Of a DNA stretch of 64,000 nucleotides, positions 51,816 to 62,556 are shown piece by piece. Positions within the stretch are counted from its first letter, which is position 1. Every line of letters begins with the position of its first letter. The notes below the pieces were generated by a model. It was not told where the DNA came from, did not search any database, and saw nothing but the letters and a program-made list of their open reading frames with translations. A program made the position numbers and the translations under genes. Origin of the DNA: Lama guanicoe (Eukaryota); NCBI GenBank assembly GCA_013239625.1, contig MU055574.1:26569373-26633372 (forward strand), written 5' to 3'.

Positions 51816-52775
51816 CACCGTCCAGAGTTAAATTTTTCCGAAAGGACAGATGTTTAGTCAGACTCATCATTCAGGGCAGTATCTTTCATGCCGGCCTGGG
51901 TCCCAGCGAAGTCCCAACCAGGAGGCAGAGCCGGGAGTGAAGACGTGGACCCGCAGAGGCGGGTTCGGAGCGGGCCCGCCTGTGACGCCACAGCGGCTGC
52001 AGCCCTGACGTTCGTCACACCTGCAGCCCCTTTACGCCCGGGGCTTCTTTGCTCCACACAGCGAACCAGTGAAGAAAGTCTCTTTCTTCGCTCTTTACAG
52101 TTTTCAACGTCAGATCATTTAGTGATTTGCCAGGAGCCACGTGACAAGTAACAAAGTGGGCCTAATCGTGTGTGTCTGAGGTCAAACAGGTGCGTGTTCA
52201 CGTGTCGCTTCCCGCACGGCGACTCCGAGTCTGGAGACCCTGGGCGCCAGCTGTCTTTGGAATCACACGGGAGCCTCTGAGAGTGTCGACGCCCCGATGA
52301 GCTGGGCATCCTGCTCTAACTGGTTCTTACTAGGAATGTATTTTAGAGGGTCTGCTCTGTGTGCCTCTCTTAGAAACTTTGGAATGACAAGGAATACTAT
52401 TTTAAAATTATTACAGGAGGAACAGAGACAGCTGACAATCCAGGAAGGTGGGACTGAGGTCTCCCACCAAGCAGAGGACCACAGATGTCCCGAGAGACAG
52501 GACCGGTGAGGGCAGAAACCTCACCTTGTGTCACGTGGCTTCAGACTAGCAACTCACAGTCACCCGACCAGGCTCGAGTTCTTGCAACAAACGTCCACCC
52601 TTTGTTCTGACCAACATTAAAGTCTTCATCAATTAACTTGGAAAATTGATAAAACGTGGAGCAGTCATGAAAATCTTGTAACATTTTTGGTACCAAATTA
52701 GCAGCAGCTAAAGCTTTGTTTTTCATGCAATAAGATTTTTTGGTTTCGTTTTCCTCAACATTCATATTTCTCCTT
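51816..52775 (-). pseudogene. Two N-terminal exon remnants of the minus-strand gene (52775-52558 and 52329-51816)
   Basis: tttttaag|...|gtgagt is a 218-nt stop-free exon reading RRNMNVEENETKKSYCMKNKALAAANLVPKMLQDFHDCSTFYQFSKLIDEDFNVGQNKGWTFVARTRAWSGD. It joins in phase to cctag|...|gtaagt, a 514-nt exon with three stops. Confidence 0.65.
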
Positions 52776-53366
52776 CTTAAAAATAAAGCACTGTGCCAAG
52801 GAGGCTTCCTCTTGTCCCTGTCCTCGCTGACCACTGACACAGTGCGAGACGCCAGAGCCGTCTGCCCGTGATGCTCAGATCGCACCTGGGAGGGCTTGTC
52901 CGTCCTAGAGCACCGTTCCGCCCGGAGTTCCACCTTACACAGGCCTGTGGTTTTACAACAAAGTGAAATAAATGAAGGGATCGCCAGAAAGTAAAAGGAA
53001 AGAATTAAAGTTTCTGTGTGGGTTACTTGTAATCTCAGTTTATGAGCCTTTCCCAGAAAATTGAATGTGGTGAAAGAGCAAGAGAAACAAGACCACATAC
53101 ACCTCCAGGGTCTTAAATCACCAGAGGGAGAGGGGCCCCCGCAGCCAGGAGAAAGGAGTGAGCGCTGTAGCTGAACTGGAGGATTTAGGTGGCGTCTGAG
53201 CAAACCCGCATGGCCAGCCCAGCCAGTGGCCACCAAACAGAGCCCGTCTGTCTCCTTGCTGGCAGGACACCACGGCGGAGCCGGCACTGCGAATCTTTGA
53301 CCCCAAGTACCCTGGCACTGCGGCCGCTAGTCGCCGCCCGACGGGACCGATGTCTGAGGATGATTC

Positions 53367-53867
53367 TGTTACCGAGCCCAGGCTGTTCTGCTCACTGCAT
53401 GACAGGCCAATAAGTCAGGAGATGAGGTTGGGAAGGAATGAAGACTCTATTCGGAAAAGCCAGCAGACTGAGAAGATGGGGGACTCATGTCCTGGAGATC
53501 CGTCCTCCCCAAGGCACAGTTCAGGCTCCTGAAAGGGGAGGGCTGTGCCTGATTGCTGCAAACTTCCTGGTGTGGGAAGCCTTTGTTCCTGCCGCTGTCC
53601 CCGTGGGCCAGGCCGAGATGTTCCTGTGAACCTCCAACAAGGCAACGCTGTTCTCTGTCCTGCACCTTTTTATCTCTGTGAGCGGAGACGTGTCCTACCC
53701 CTAAGGGTCGGAGCCTGGAGAGCAGGCTCCCCCGTCCGTGTCAGCTCCAGGCCACATGCTTTACAAAAGGCGCAGAACCAGCAGGACCCAGCCCAGGACG
53801 CGGAGCGCGCGGCTGCAGCTGAAAGGACTGATCTCACGTGGAGTCAGGTCTGCTCTTCCGCGTGACG
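53367..53867 (-). mobile_element. Solo ERV1-type LTR (family A, copy 2)
   Basis: tgttaccgag...cgtgacg, flanked by near-TSDs gattc/gcttc. Homologous to 47465-47956. Confidence 0.85.
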
Positions 53868-54400
53868 GCTTCCCGGAGGCCCGTGGGCGCGGCCGGAGGC
53901 GGGGAAGCCCAGACACAAAGTGAGGAGACGCTGAGTCTGTGCACATTCCCTGGGCTCCCGAGCACACCGCCTACTAGGGGAGGCTGGGACAGGTCCAGCC
54001 TCGGGGCCAGCTGCTGTTTCTCCTCCATTTTCTTGGAAGCAGCCGGCGGGATTTGGAAGCAGTTCTGGGCTCCTGCTGCACTGCACACGGCAGAACAAAC
54101 ACGGCTCTAACGGGGTCCATTAGGGATAATTAATCATCTTAGCCGAGACGGTTTTTGGAAGGGCTCGTGTGCCTTCCCACAGGAGGGATTTCTAAATACC
54201 TAGCAAAGGCGCCATATTTTTTTAAAGACCATTTAACAAGGGCTGTTTCTTCAGAAACCATTTTCTATCTAAATGCATGGATGGCTGGACCTCAAGAAAT
54301 GATTTAAGTGTTTTTCTAAAAAACAAGGCAGGTATTTTTCAGTGCAACTGTTTTCAGGGGAGCACACTGCGCTTTTTGTGGACTATGTCTTGATACTTAC

Positions 54401-56941
54401 AGAGATTTTAAAAGAAAATATTTGGGCTGTGGTTTAGGAATCAAACAGTCTTAAGTATGTAAATAATGACAGCCTGGAACTCTTTCTAAAAAAATACATA
54501 CTCGCTGTACAGACAAGGCCAGCTTCGGGAGGCCAGGCTGTGCTGTGCGGGGACCCGCCAGGTCTGCTCCTTCTGCACAGACGGCCCGAGGGCTGGCGCA
54601 GGAGGGGCTGGACCTGCCCGGAGCGCTGTGACCCACTGCCTGGGAGACGGTGCAGATGGGGGCGTCTTCCTCGGGGACCTCTGGGTAATCCGCGGAGTCG
54701 GTTCTGCTGCTTAAGTCTTCCTGAAGAGTCTGCGTCGGGCTAAGACACTTATCACCTGACAGGGACAGCTCACTGTTCCTCCTAACGCAGTGGCCAAAAC
54801 TGATGGGTTCCACGGTGTGTCTCCTCTTCCCCGGGAGCGGGCTTGTTGGCCTGGCTCCCTCGGGCACCCCCGGGGCTGGGGGCAGGGCCGGCTCGGGGGA
54901 CAGGAGACCCGTGCTCCTCCCGTGCACGCCGGCCTGTGCGTCAGTCCAGCTCCTGCTTGACTTCTGGGTCGGGATCTGGGAACCTGAGAGATCTTCAGTT
55001 TAATCAGCACGCTGTGACTTGGCTATATCAACACACAACATTGAAAACAAAACCAGATTACGTCCCAGACGGGGGATTGGTGGCAGCTGGCGGCCCTCGC
55101 AGGGGCCCAGGGTGAGAGTGTCTGGCGAGGCCTGGTGTCCACTCACGAGCACGTGAACGTGGTGGCAGGAACAGGCCTGGAGGCTAGGACACATGGGCCA
55201 CAACTGCTTGCAGAGACATTTATTTATGTTAATCATTTAATCACTTTCCAAAGGATATGTCTGCCCTCAGGATCTTGCTCACAAGGCGCAGGTGTGCCTG
55301 CTGGGGGCGTCGCTGTGCGGCCAGCCCCGCCTGCTGGGCGGCCTTGCCCTGGTTGGGCCGCGAGCCTGCGTCTGCCGGCGGGGCTCCCAGCCCGGCTGCC
55401 GGGCTCCGCGCTCACGGGCCGCCTGCGCTGGCCGCCGCCGCCCCACAGACGTCGCCTTTGTCCCTGCTCTCGGCTGTGACTCGGCGGGGGGCCTGCGGCC
55501 GCAGCGCCCGCGCCCCCCACTCCGCGCAGGGCTCTGCTTCCTTCGGGGGAACCTGGCCCCGGGAGAGGCTGGGCCGGGGCACAGAGCCCTCCGTCGGGGC
55601 ACGTGCCGGCGTTTGCTTCTCTTCTTGGTCCGGGGCTTCCCTCCTCTCCCCCTTGCGGGAAACTTTACGAGTCAAGGCAGGAACTGAACTGCTCTGTCGT
55701 TGCCTGTGCTTCCGAGTCCGGCTTTGCACACCCAGCTTTTGAAATTCAAATGTCCACCTGGACATATATCCTTGTCACCGTGCTTTCATAACTCCTGCTT
55801 CAAGAAAAGGACATTTCACAGGGTAGATGGTAAAGGAAGGTCGCAGGGAACAGCGCTGCGGAGGAGAAATGCATCACGATGGCTTGGTCGGAGCCCCGCC
55901 CGCAGCTGAGCGCCTGGGCTCACGCCTGGGGTGAGCGGGAGTCGGGGCTACAGGGCAGGACTTCCTGCCAGGGTGCCGGTGTGAGCAGAGCCCCGGAGAC
56001 AAAGACACGGGCCGAGAGGCCCCGGAAATGGCGGCACCTGCCAAGAGCCAGGCGCTGGGGCCGCGCTGCCGGCTGTGGAGGGACCACAGCCCGCTGGGTT
56101 TCACCCGGCTTCACCGGGCCACGTCCCGCAGGGTGAAGCCGGGCCGACAGCCACAGAGAATTCAACCCACTCAGTCACCGGGGGGAAAGGGGCAGAAAGG
56201 TGGGGGTCCTCTTGTTCCGTGACAAATTGAGATAATTGTGCAAACAAACTGTGCTTGGCCTTGCCCTGATACACTGGTTGGAAGTGTTTTGGAATATATA
56301 ATTGACCAAATGGCTCAATTTTCCACTCCAGTTTCATCTGTAGCTAGATTTAAGATAGGTTTCCAGTTTATATACCAATTCTCCTCGGAGAAGAGAAAAA
56401 AAGGCAAGCGCGTCTTACGCGGGGCGCAAGTTTCTAGTGACTTTGACTCATATATGTATCGAAATAGAAACCTGCTTATTTGGGTCCTGCATTTTTAAAG
56501 AAAAAAAACAATGTTTATTCTTTATCTACATCCAGGATTCAGCAAGTTATGAATTTACATACAAGTTGAGATTGAAAACACTTGCTTTCTATTAATAATA
56601 TAAGACAGCGGGAGTCAACTGGTGGGGTTATATGCCCAAATTTCAGCTCTGCTGAACAAAATCAGGCACCTGATTCCACAGACAGGGTGCAGGGGGGCAC
56701 TGGGGGCTGAGGCGGGCAGAGGCCACCGAGTCTTGAAGGGGACACAGAAAGCAACGTGGCGTCACGGTCATGCCGGACTCACAGGGTAACTAATCTCTGC
56801 TTTTATGCCCAAGACGAGACTAGCAGCCTCTTTGACTTGCAGGATGGTTACGACCAGGGAAAGGTTTTTTGGTTTTTTTTGGCATAATTGCATGACCACT
56901 GTTAGGTTTCTGTCTTTTTCTGGAATTCCAGCTCTCCATTC
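54401..56941 (-). pseudogene. Cluster of N-terminal exon remnants of the minus-strand gene
   Basis: 56941-56783 (159 nt, open: EWRAGIPEKDRNLTVVMQLCQKKPKNLSLVVTILQVKEAASLVLGIKAEISYP), 56486-56419, 56343-56265 (LQMKLEWKIEPFGQLYIPKHFQPVYQ, GC donor), about 55794-55669, about 55207-55147, about 54983-54680 (KRRHTVEPISF) and 54485-54401 (stops in all frames). The reading frame of several is ambiguous. Confidence 0.55.
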
Positions 56942-58965
56942 CTACCCTGCTTAACAGCAGAAACTCACAAGTAACTTTCTATTTATAAAATTAATTAGAC
57001 CTTTCAGGAAAGGTGGATGCAGATATGATGCCACAATTACTATACGCTTATTTGTAACGGGAAATCTCTGAGGGACGATCGCTGTGTGCCAGACGCTGAA
57101 AAAAAGCAGACCCTCAGTGGTCACAGCTCTCAGCCCTCCTTGGCCTCAGGTTCCTGGAGATGTGACACCAGAGTCATCACAGAGTGAGGTCAGAACACCA
57201 TGAGAAAGCGCACGTGGCGAGGAAACGGTGAGACGAGAGGTGGCGTGTCCTGGAAGGCGGACTTTCCTTCTTTGGCTCTGAGATTCCCTGACTCACGTGT
57301 CTCTACAGCGGCTTTTCCTGAAGCTAATTCCACACGTTTGCTGCAGGGTCTTCCCGCTAACTGCCAGTATTTTCTGGAATGTTCTGCTTTTCCGAACCAA
57401 AGCCCCAACGTGGCTCAGCCCCTATGTGCCCCACGTGTGCCCCCTGCAAGCAGCCCCACCCCCATGCTCACTGCTGGGGGAGACACCCACGATCTTAGAC
57501 GGCTGGTGGCGACCATGGAGAACCAGCACAGCGGACACAAGTTCTCACCCTTTCTAGCAGGAAAAGAAAATTTTCAAGTGTTGCCTCTAGACAGAACTGT
57601 CAAATTTAAGTTAAGCCCAACAAGCATCGAGTGCTTGCTACGCGGAGGCTGCCCCGCCAGGTGCCAGCTCACGCGCGCGCAGCAAGGCCGTCTCTCTCGC
57701 ACGGGAAGCGTGCTGGGGGAGCCTGGAGGTGCTCAGTGTGCTCGCGGAGGTGCAGAGCCGTCGCCGGCAAGCACAGAGGATGAGATGAGATCCGGCTGGA
57801 GTGATGAATGTTTAACGTGTTCCGCATAAGTTAACAAATTATTTCAGACGTGTCGTTCAGGAGACACAGGTTTTCCCAAGCACACGGCTGAAGATGGGGA
57901 AGACGGGCCCCAACCTGCCCTCACGTCACTACTGCGTGCAGAAAACGAAGTTCTTCATTTCTTGCTTTCTCTGCCTTTCTCGGGCTCAGTCGTCCTGGTA
58001 TTCCAGCCGACTCTTCACCAGTCTGGGCTAGACTTGGCGGCCGAGCCCTCGCCAGCCAGCAGAGGACATTCAGCGTCTGGGAGGAAACTCACCTGCTGCC
58101 ACAGCTCGCCCTGTCCTGTCTGGACTGATGGGGACACTGGCGCTGGACGTGGGGTTCAGCCAGAACCAGACGGGCAGGGCGTGAGTGGCGGAGGCGCAGG
58201 GAGTTTGTGACCGTCGTGTCACGGGGCAGGGGGCTCAGCCAGAAGCTGGGGGCTGGTGGTCAGCGCGGGGGCCTCTCGGGCCTCCTCTCTGCTCCATGGA
58301 TGGTGGCACCTTCTTCATCTGTCACCACAGTCGTGTTCACAGTAAGAAGAGTGGGTGGTGGCCCTCATCCCCATGTTTCCCTGGAGATCATCCAGGGAAT
58401 GTAATTGTTCCTGGGGGAGAACCCAGGAGACCCAGGCCCTGGCAGCAGCCAGGACTTGGGTGAGGGGCAGCGTGGGGCCGGGGACAGGACTCCCCCCAGC
58501 TCTGCGGGAGTCTCAGCACGGGCTGGGCCGGTGTCCAGAGCCACCAGGACCTTGACCACATGAGCCAACATATGTCCCCAGGGCCTTCCTCACTAGCGTG
58601 CAGTCTGCTGACACAATGGAGGGGCTTCTTGGGGAGGTGGAGGCCAGATAGCGAGGGCCCAGCAGACACATCCATGAACCCTTCAGGGACGGTGTGGTGC
58701 TTCCAGCAGATCTGAAAGTGTCACTGAGTGGGACCCTATTGTCGTCGGTGACTGTCTGATATCCACAATGGTGCTTGTAACTGCTTAACTGTATGATGGT
58801 TTGAAGGGCTTTCTCATGCCCTTGCTGCCCAGGGTTGGGCTGGAGAGGAGGCAGGCTTGAGTGGTCCCACCAACCCTCTGGTGATGCTGCATGTGAGGGT
58901 CACACTCAGTGCCCTTCTCCTGACCCCAGGCCCTCCTCTTGACCCCTTGTGGTTTCCTTGTGTCC

Positions 58966-59448
58966 TGTTGTTGGAGCTCCAGCCCTCAGCCTGCAGCAGG
59001 AGGTCCCAGGCCTCAGCCTGATAAATGCATTTACCGATCTGAGTTAAACTGCACAGATTTCTCTCCAGAGCTCTTTTCCAGAGCCCCTTCCTACGCACCT
59101 TTGCTCTTGGTACAAGAATAGTGAGCGTCCCAAAGCCGGAGGAGAGCGTCACACCCAGCAGAGGGAAGGCAGCCACTGCCTCTGCGAAGATAAGAACAAC
59201 TTTGCAGCAGTTTATTACCCATATGTGATCTCCATGGAAACCAGTCCCGCCCCTTGAACTCTTCACTTTTGCTATAAAACCCCCTGCCTTCTCTCTCCGC
59301 AGGCTCACAGCCTCGGAGGCATTAGTCCATTGTGACCTCCTTTGTCTGCAAAGAAATAAAGCTGCCTTTTCTGCTTCATCCAAACTCTGTCCTTGAGTCT
59401 CCGTTCTGTAAGCGGGGTTCGGGGGCCAGGGCCCGCTGTGGAGGACCA
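58966..59448 (+). mobile_element. Solo ERV1-type LTR with retained TATA and polyA signal
   Basis: TG start, gctataaaac near 59271, aataaa near 59355, then the U5-like text caaactctgtccttgag. Confidence 0.8.
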
Positions 59449-61059
59449 CCCCTGCACGCTGATAACGTAAGCGCTGCTTCACATTTGTTTGACTGCACGT
59501 TCCAGAAATGATGGCAAGTGGTTTATACAAAGTTCACTTTGCTAGACTGTGAGTACTGGCCTTCCACTGTATTTTCTATTTACTAGGCCATTTTTCCAAC
59601 GCATCTGTAGGACTGTTATGAACATGGGTATTTGTTATAAACTAGAAAGAAGACTTCCTATCATAAATGCATCTTTCTCGTGGCCAGGTCAACGGGGTCA
59701 GTGTCCTCTGTAGCCAAATGTATAGCACAATATTTATTTTTCCAGCAATAAAGGAAATATTTTTAGTTGAAATTATTGGTTAAAATTGCAAAATGTGGCT
59801 GCTTCCCATGTAGTCAAGGGCAAGGGCTGGACGTGGCTAGGAGGTACAGTGGCTTCAAACAGAGATTTACCATATGGGAGACGTGAAACAAAACTACGGT
59901 TAATACATTAACGCTCTATTAACTAACTTCACACGACACTAATTAGCCTAGTGTAACAATTACAAAGCGCAGTAATAAGCCACCTATGAATACAGCACGT
60001 ACCCTGTTATGTATTAAAGGGCCGCATGCAATACTCTGGCATAATGTATTAACTAATGTTATATTAACACTAAGAACGCATTGGTTATTTAACTGATACG
60101 GTGTCCATCTCACAGCGATTACCATTACATACAATGATGCGTATCACACACACGTAAGCCCCAGTCCGGGTGTCTCAAGGGAGCGGGCAGACCAGAGCTG
60201 TGCCCCCGGCTCCCTGGCCCTCGGGACGCAGTGGCTCCTCACAGCAGGGGCCGCGGGGTGGCCGGAGCTCGGGGCCCCTCGGGACTTCTTGCTGCCTGTG
60301 CCTCCAGCTTCCAGCAGTCCAGCTGAGCCCAGACACTGACTCACAGGAGCCTCTTTCAGACCTGTGCCTTTTCAGGTGCTTCCTCTCCCAGCTTTTCAGG
60401 GAACACCTGAAGGTGGAGCGAACAGACTATCTTCTGTGGGCGTGAAGGATGGCATCCTGAGGGGGCCTGTCCAGGTCTTCCCAGCTTACATGCAGTGGAA
60501 GAGTCCCGCGCTTGGAGGCTGTCCTGATGCACCTGACCAGACCTCACGCCTGAGTCAGCGCGTGCCCGGGTGTCCACCCCTGACAGCAGCTGTTCGGTCC
60601 CCATCACTGGGCACGTGCACCACGAGGTCCGCACCACAGATCGTCTGGGGGAGGGGCCGTCAGGAACACGTGTGTGAGGGGGCCCTGCCCTGGGGTCTGG
60701 GAGGCTTAGGCCCGGTGAAGAACTGGGCGGCTTCGATGTTACATTGCTGCGGCCTCCGTGCGTGTGACCTCTGGAGCGCCTCTCTCAGGACCCTGAGGAC
60801 GGGTCACAGACTGAGTGATCGCTCCCACAATGCCGCCCAAACCCCTCGACTCGTGGTGTAGACAGAGGAGGGGTCATCACAGTTGGCTCCACCTCACTCC
60901 CCATGGGGCAGAGCCTGTCCAAGCACCCCAGATTTTCCTTTTTGGACTTGTAGCTGGGCGGCTTCTGTCCCCACACTCAGGTGCTAGCAGGCACTCTGGA
61001 ACCACAGATTACTCGGCCACGGTGGCCATGGGCAGCGCCTGTATGTCATGTGATGCTGC

Positions 61060-61470
61060 ACATCAAAGCACCCCCGGTGCGCCGGCTTACAGCAGCAGCA
61101 TTCCACGGTCGTGTCCCCTGTCCTGGAGGTGAGGTGTGAGGAGGCAGGGTGCATGGGGGTCCAGGCTCACAACCTCCCAAAGGCTGGTCTGGGGTTGCAG
61201 ATGCACCTCCAAGGTGGGTCACTCAAGCGTCCAGCTGCTCCTCTCCATGGGGACCTGTCCACGGGCTGCTGGAGTGTCTTCAGGACCTGGCGGCCGGCTT
61301 CCTGCGGGGAGTGTCCTGGCAGACCCAGGTGGAAACGGCAGGTCTTACAAAGGATACACCACCAATTCTGTGGCCCAGACGCACCCTGATTCCACAGGTG
61401 GGACCTACAGCAGGGAGAAATACAAGGACTTGGGACCACTGGGGGCTGCCCTGGACGCCAACCACCATGT
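61060..61470 (-). mobile_element. MaLR LTR (older MLT1 type)
   Basis: ctccaaggtgggtcactca...tctccatggggacctgtccacgggctgctggagtgtcttca...tggcggccggcttcc...accctgattc...gggaccactgggggc. Confidence 0.7.
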
Positions 61471-62086
61471 AAGTTCCACAGGCTTCTACCCTCGTGTGGG
61501 CAGAAACTCAAGGCCCTACAAAGACCTCCAGGGGCCCCCTTCATTCCTGACCTTGTTCTTCCGCCTCAGCCACACTGCCCCTTGTCGACACTTGGGGCCT
61601 GTGCACGTGTCCTTCATCCATCGGGCTCTCTTCCCCCAGCACCGGCGTGGGTCAGGTCATTCCCTCACACCTGTGGGTCCTTACTCCAATGCCTCATCCT
61701 CGGGCAGCCTCCTGGGCCCCACATTAGCATTAAAATGCCAACCCCCATCCCAGTGCTCTTTATGTTCCTTCCTTGCTTAAATATCTCGTGGGTACTCACC
61801 CCCACTGCTGTGCTGGTAGGTCCACTCTCCCTGGCCAGAAAAGGAAGCAATAACAGGGAGGAAGAGAGCGAGTCTTGACGCGGAGCGCTTGTGCTTTCCT
61901 CACATAAACGCTTTCCCACAATGGCCGGTTATTTCCAGCTGCTGCTCTGATGTCATCTGATGTCACGACATTACATTGGGAGAAATCTGCACACGCATCA
62001 ACCCTGAGTGGGTAAGTAGCTCTGCCTCTGCCCTCCACCCCCAACACTGCATGCATTCCATGTGGTTATTTCATTTAAGTTCCGTG

Positions 62087-62556
62087 TGTTGCCCACCAGG
62101 GCCCTTGGACCCCTAATAAATAGAAATCAACAAGAGGCTGGACGAGAAGTGCAGGTGGGGCTTTCCTGGGACTCGTGCTGCAGCACAAGGGAGTGAGAAC
62201 AAGCAACAGGTGCCCTTGCTCCCCCCCCCCCGGAGGGGGACAAACCGGCCCCTTAAATGGGGTGGGGTGGGGGCGGGCCCAGGGGTGGGGCCGGAGGCAT
62301 GGCTTAGGTGGTCTGCCCGCCCCCGTGGCGGTGCGTGTGCAGGGATCACGCCCAGTGCCCTGCTTTTTTCCCCAACACCTCAGAAGCAGCAGTTGGGTTT
62401 TGGCCTTTTTGTATCTTATTGTTCCTAATTTGTCCCAGCCGCATATGCAGGCAGTTGTTTTTGATCCCTTACAGCTTCTTCGTGTCCTGTTGCTTGAGGA
62501 GACATTCGTCCAGGTGCAGGTGCTGCAGCCCAGGTCCCAGATCCCAGCCTGTCTCA
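62087..62556 (-). mobile_element. Solo ERV1 LTR, MER41-like (cetartiodactyl type)
   Basis: tgttgcccaccagggcccttggac...aatagaaat...ggcttaggtggt...cagttgggtttt...cccagcctgtctca resembles the artiodactyl MER41-type consensus as I recall it. Confidence 0.75.

Larger units (their letters stand above)
22400..59640 (-). pseudogene. Large TPR-repeat gene, TTC6-like paralog, decayed (unitary pseudogene candidate); 5' end uncertain
   Basis: More than 35 AG/GT-bounded minus-strand segments. Those from 34.3 to 22.6 kb give TPR-like motifs in the order I recall for TTC6. Many contain stops, frameshifts or damaged splice sites, for example the donor ataagt at 31606. Confidence 0.65.

Noticed and set aside
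50927-51818. 200-287-aa ORFs on both strands
   Set aside because: They have low-complexity Pro/Arg/Gly/Ala composition, are open in several frames at once, and begin in or next to an LTR.
47465-53867. Two same-family, same-orientation LTRs as the ends of one provirus
   Set aside because: The outer flanks do not form a TSD and the right LTR has its own near-TSD (gattc/gcttc). The copies are clearly diverged. The interval holds host exon remnants and another LTR, with no gag/pol/env or primer-binding site visible.
55147-55794. PSI-domain-like reading (SCLDSSCGPCVL...FTCS)
   Set aside because: The next exon does not continue with the expected WC motif and stops quickly in that phase. Another frame chains better with the downstream exons.
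59890-60145. Mitochondrial control-region NUMT
   Set aside because: The AT-rich tacat/atgta motifs are suggestive, but I see no recognisable conserved control-region block or adjacent mt-tRNA.
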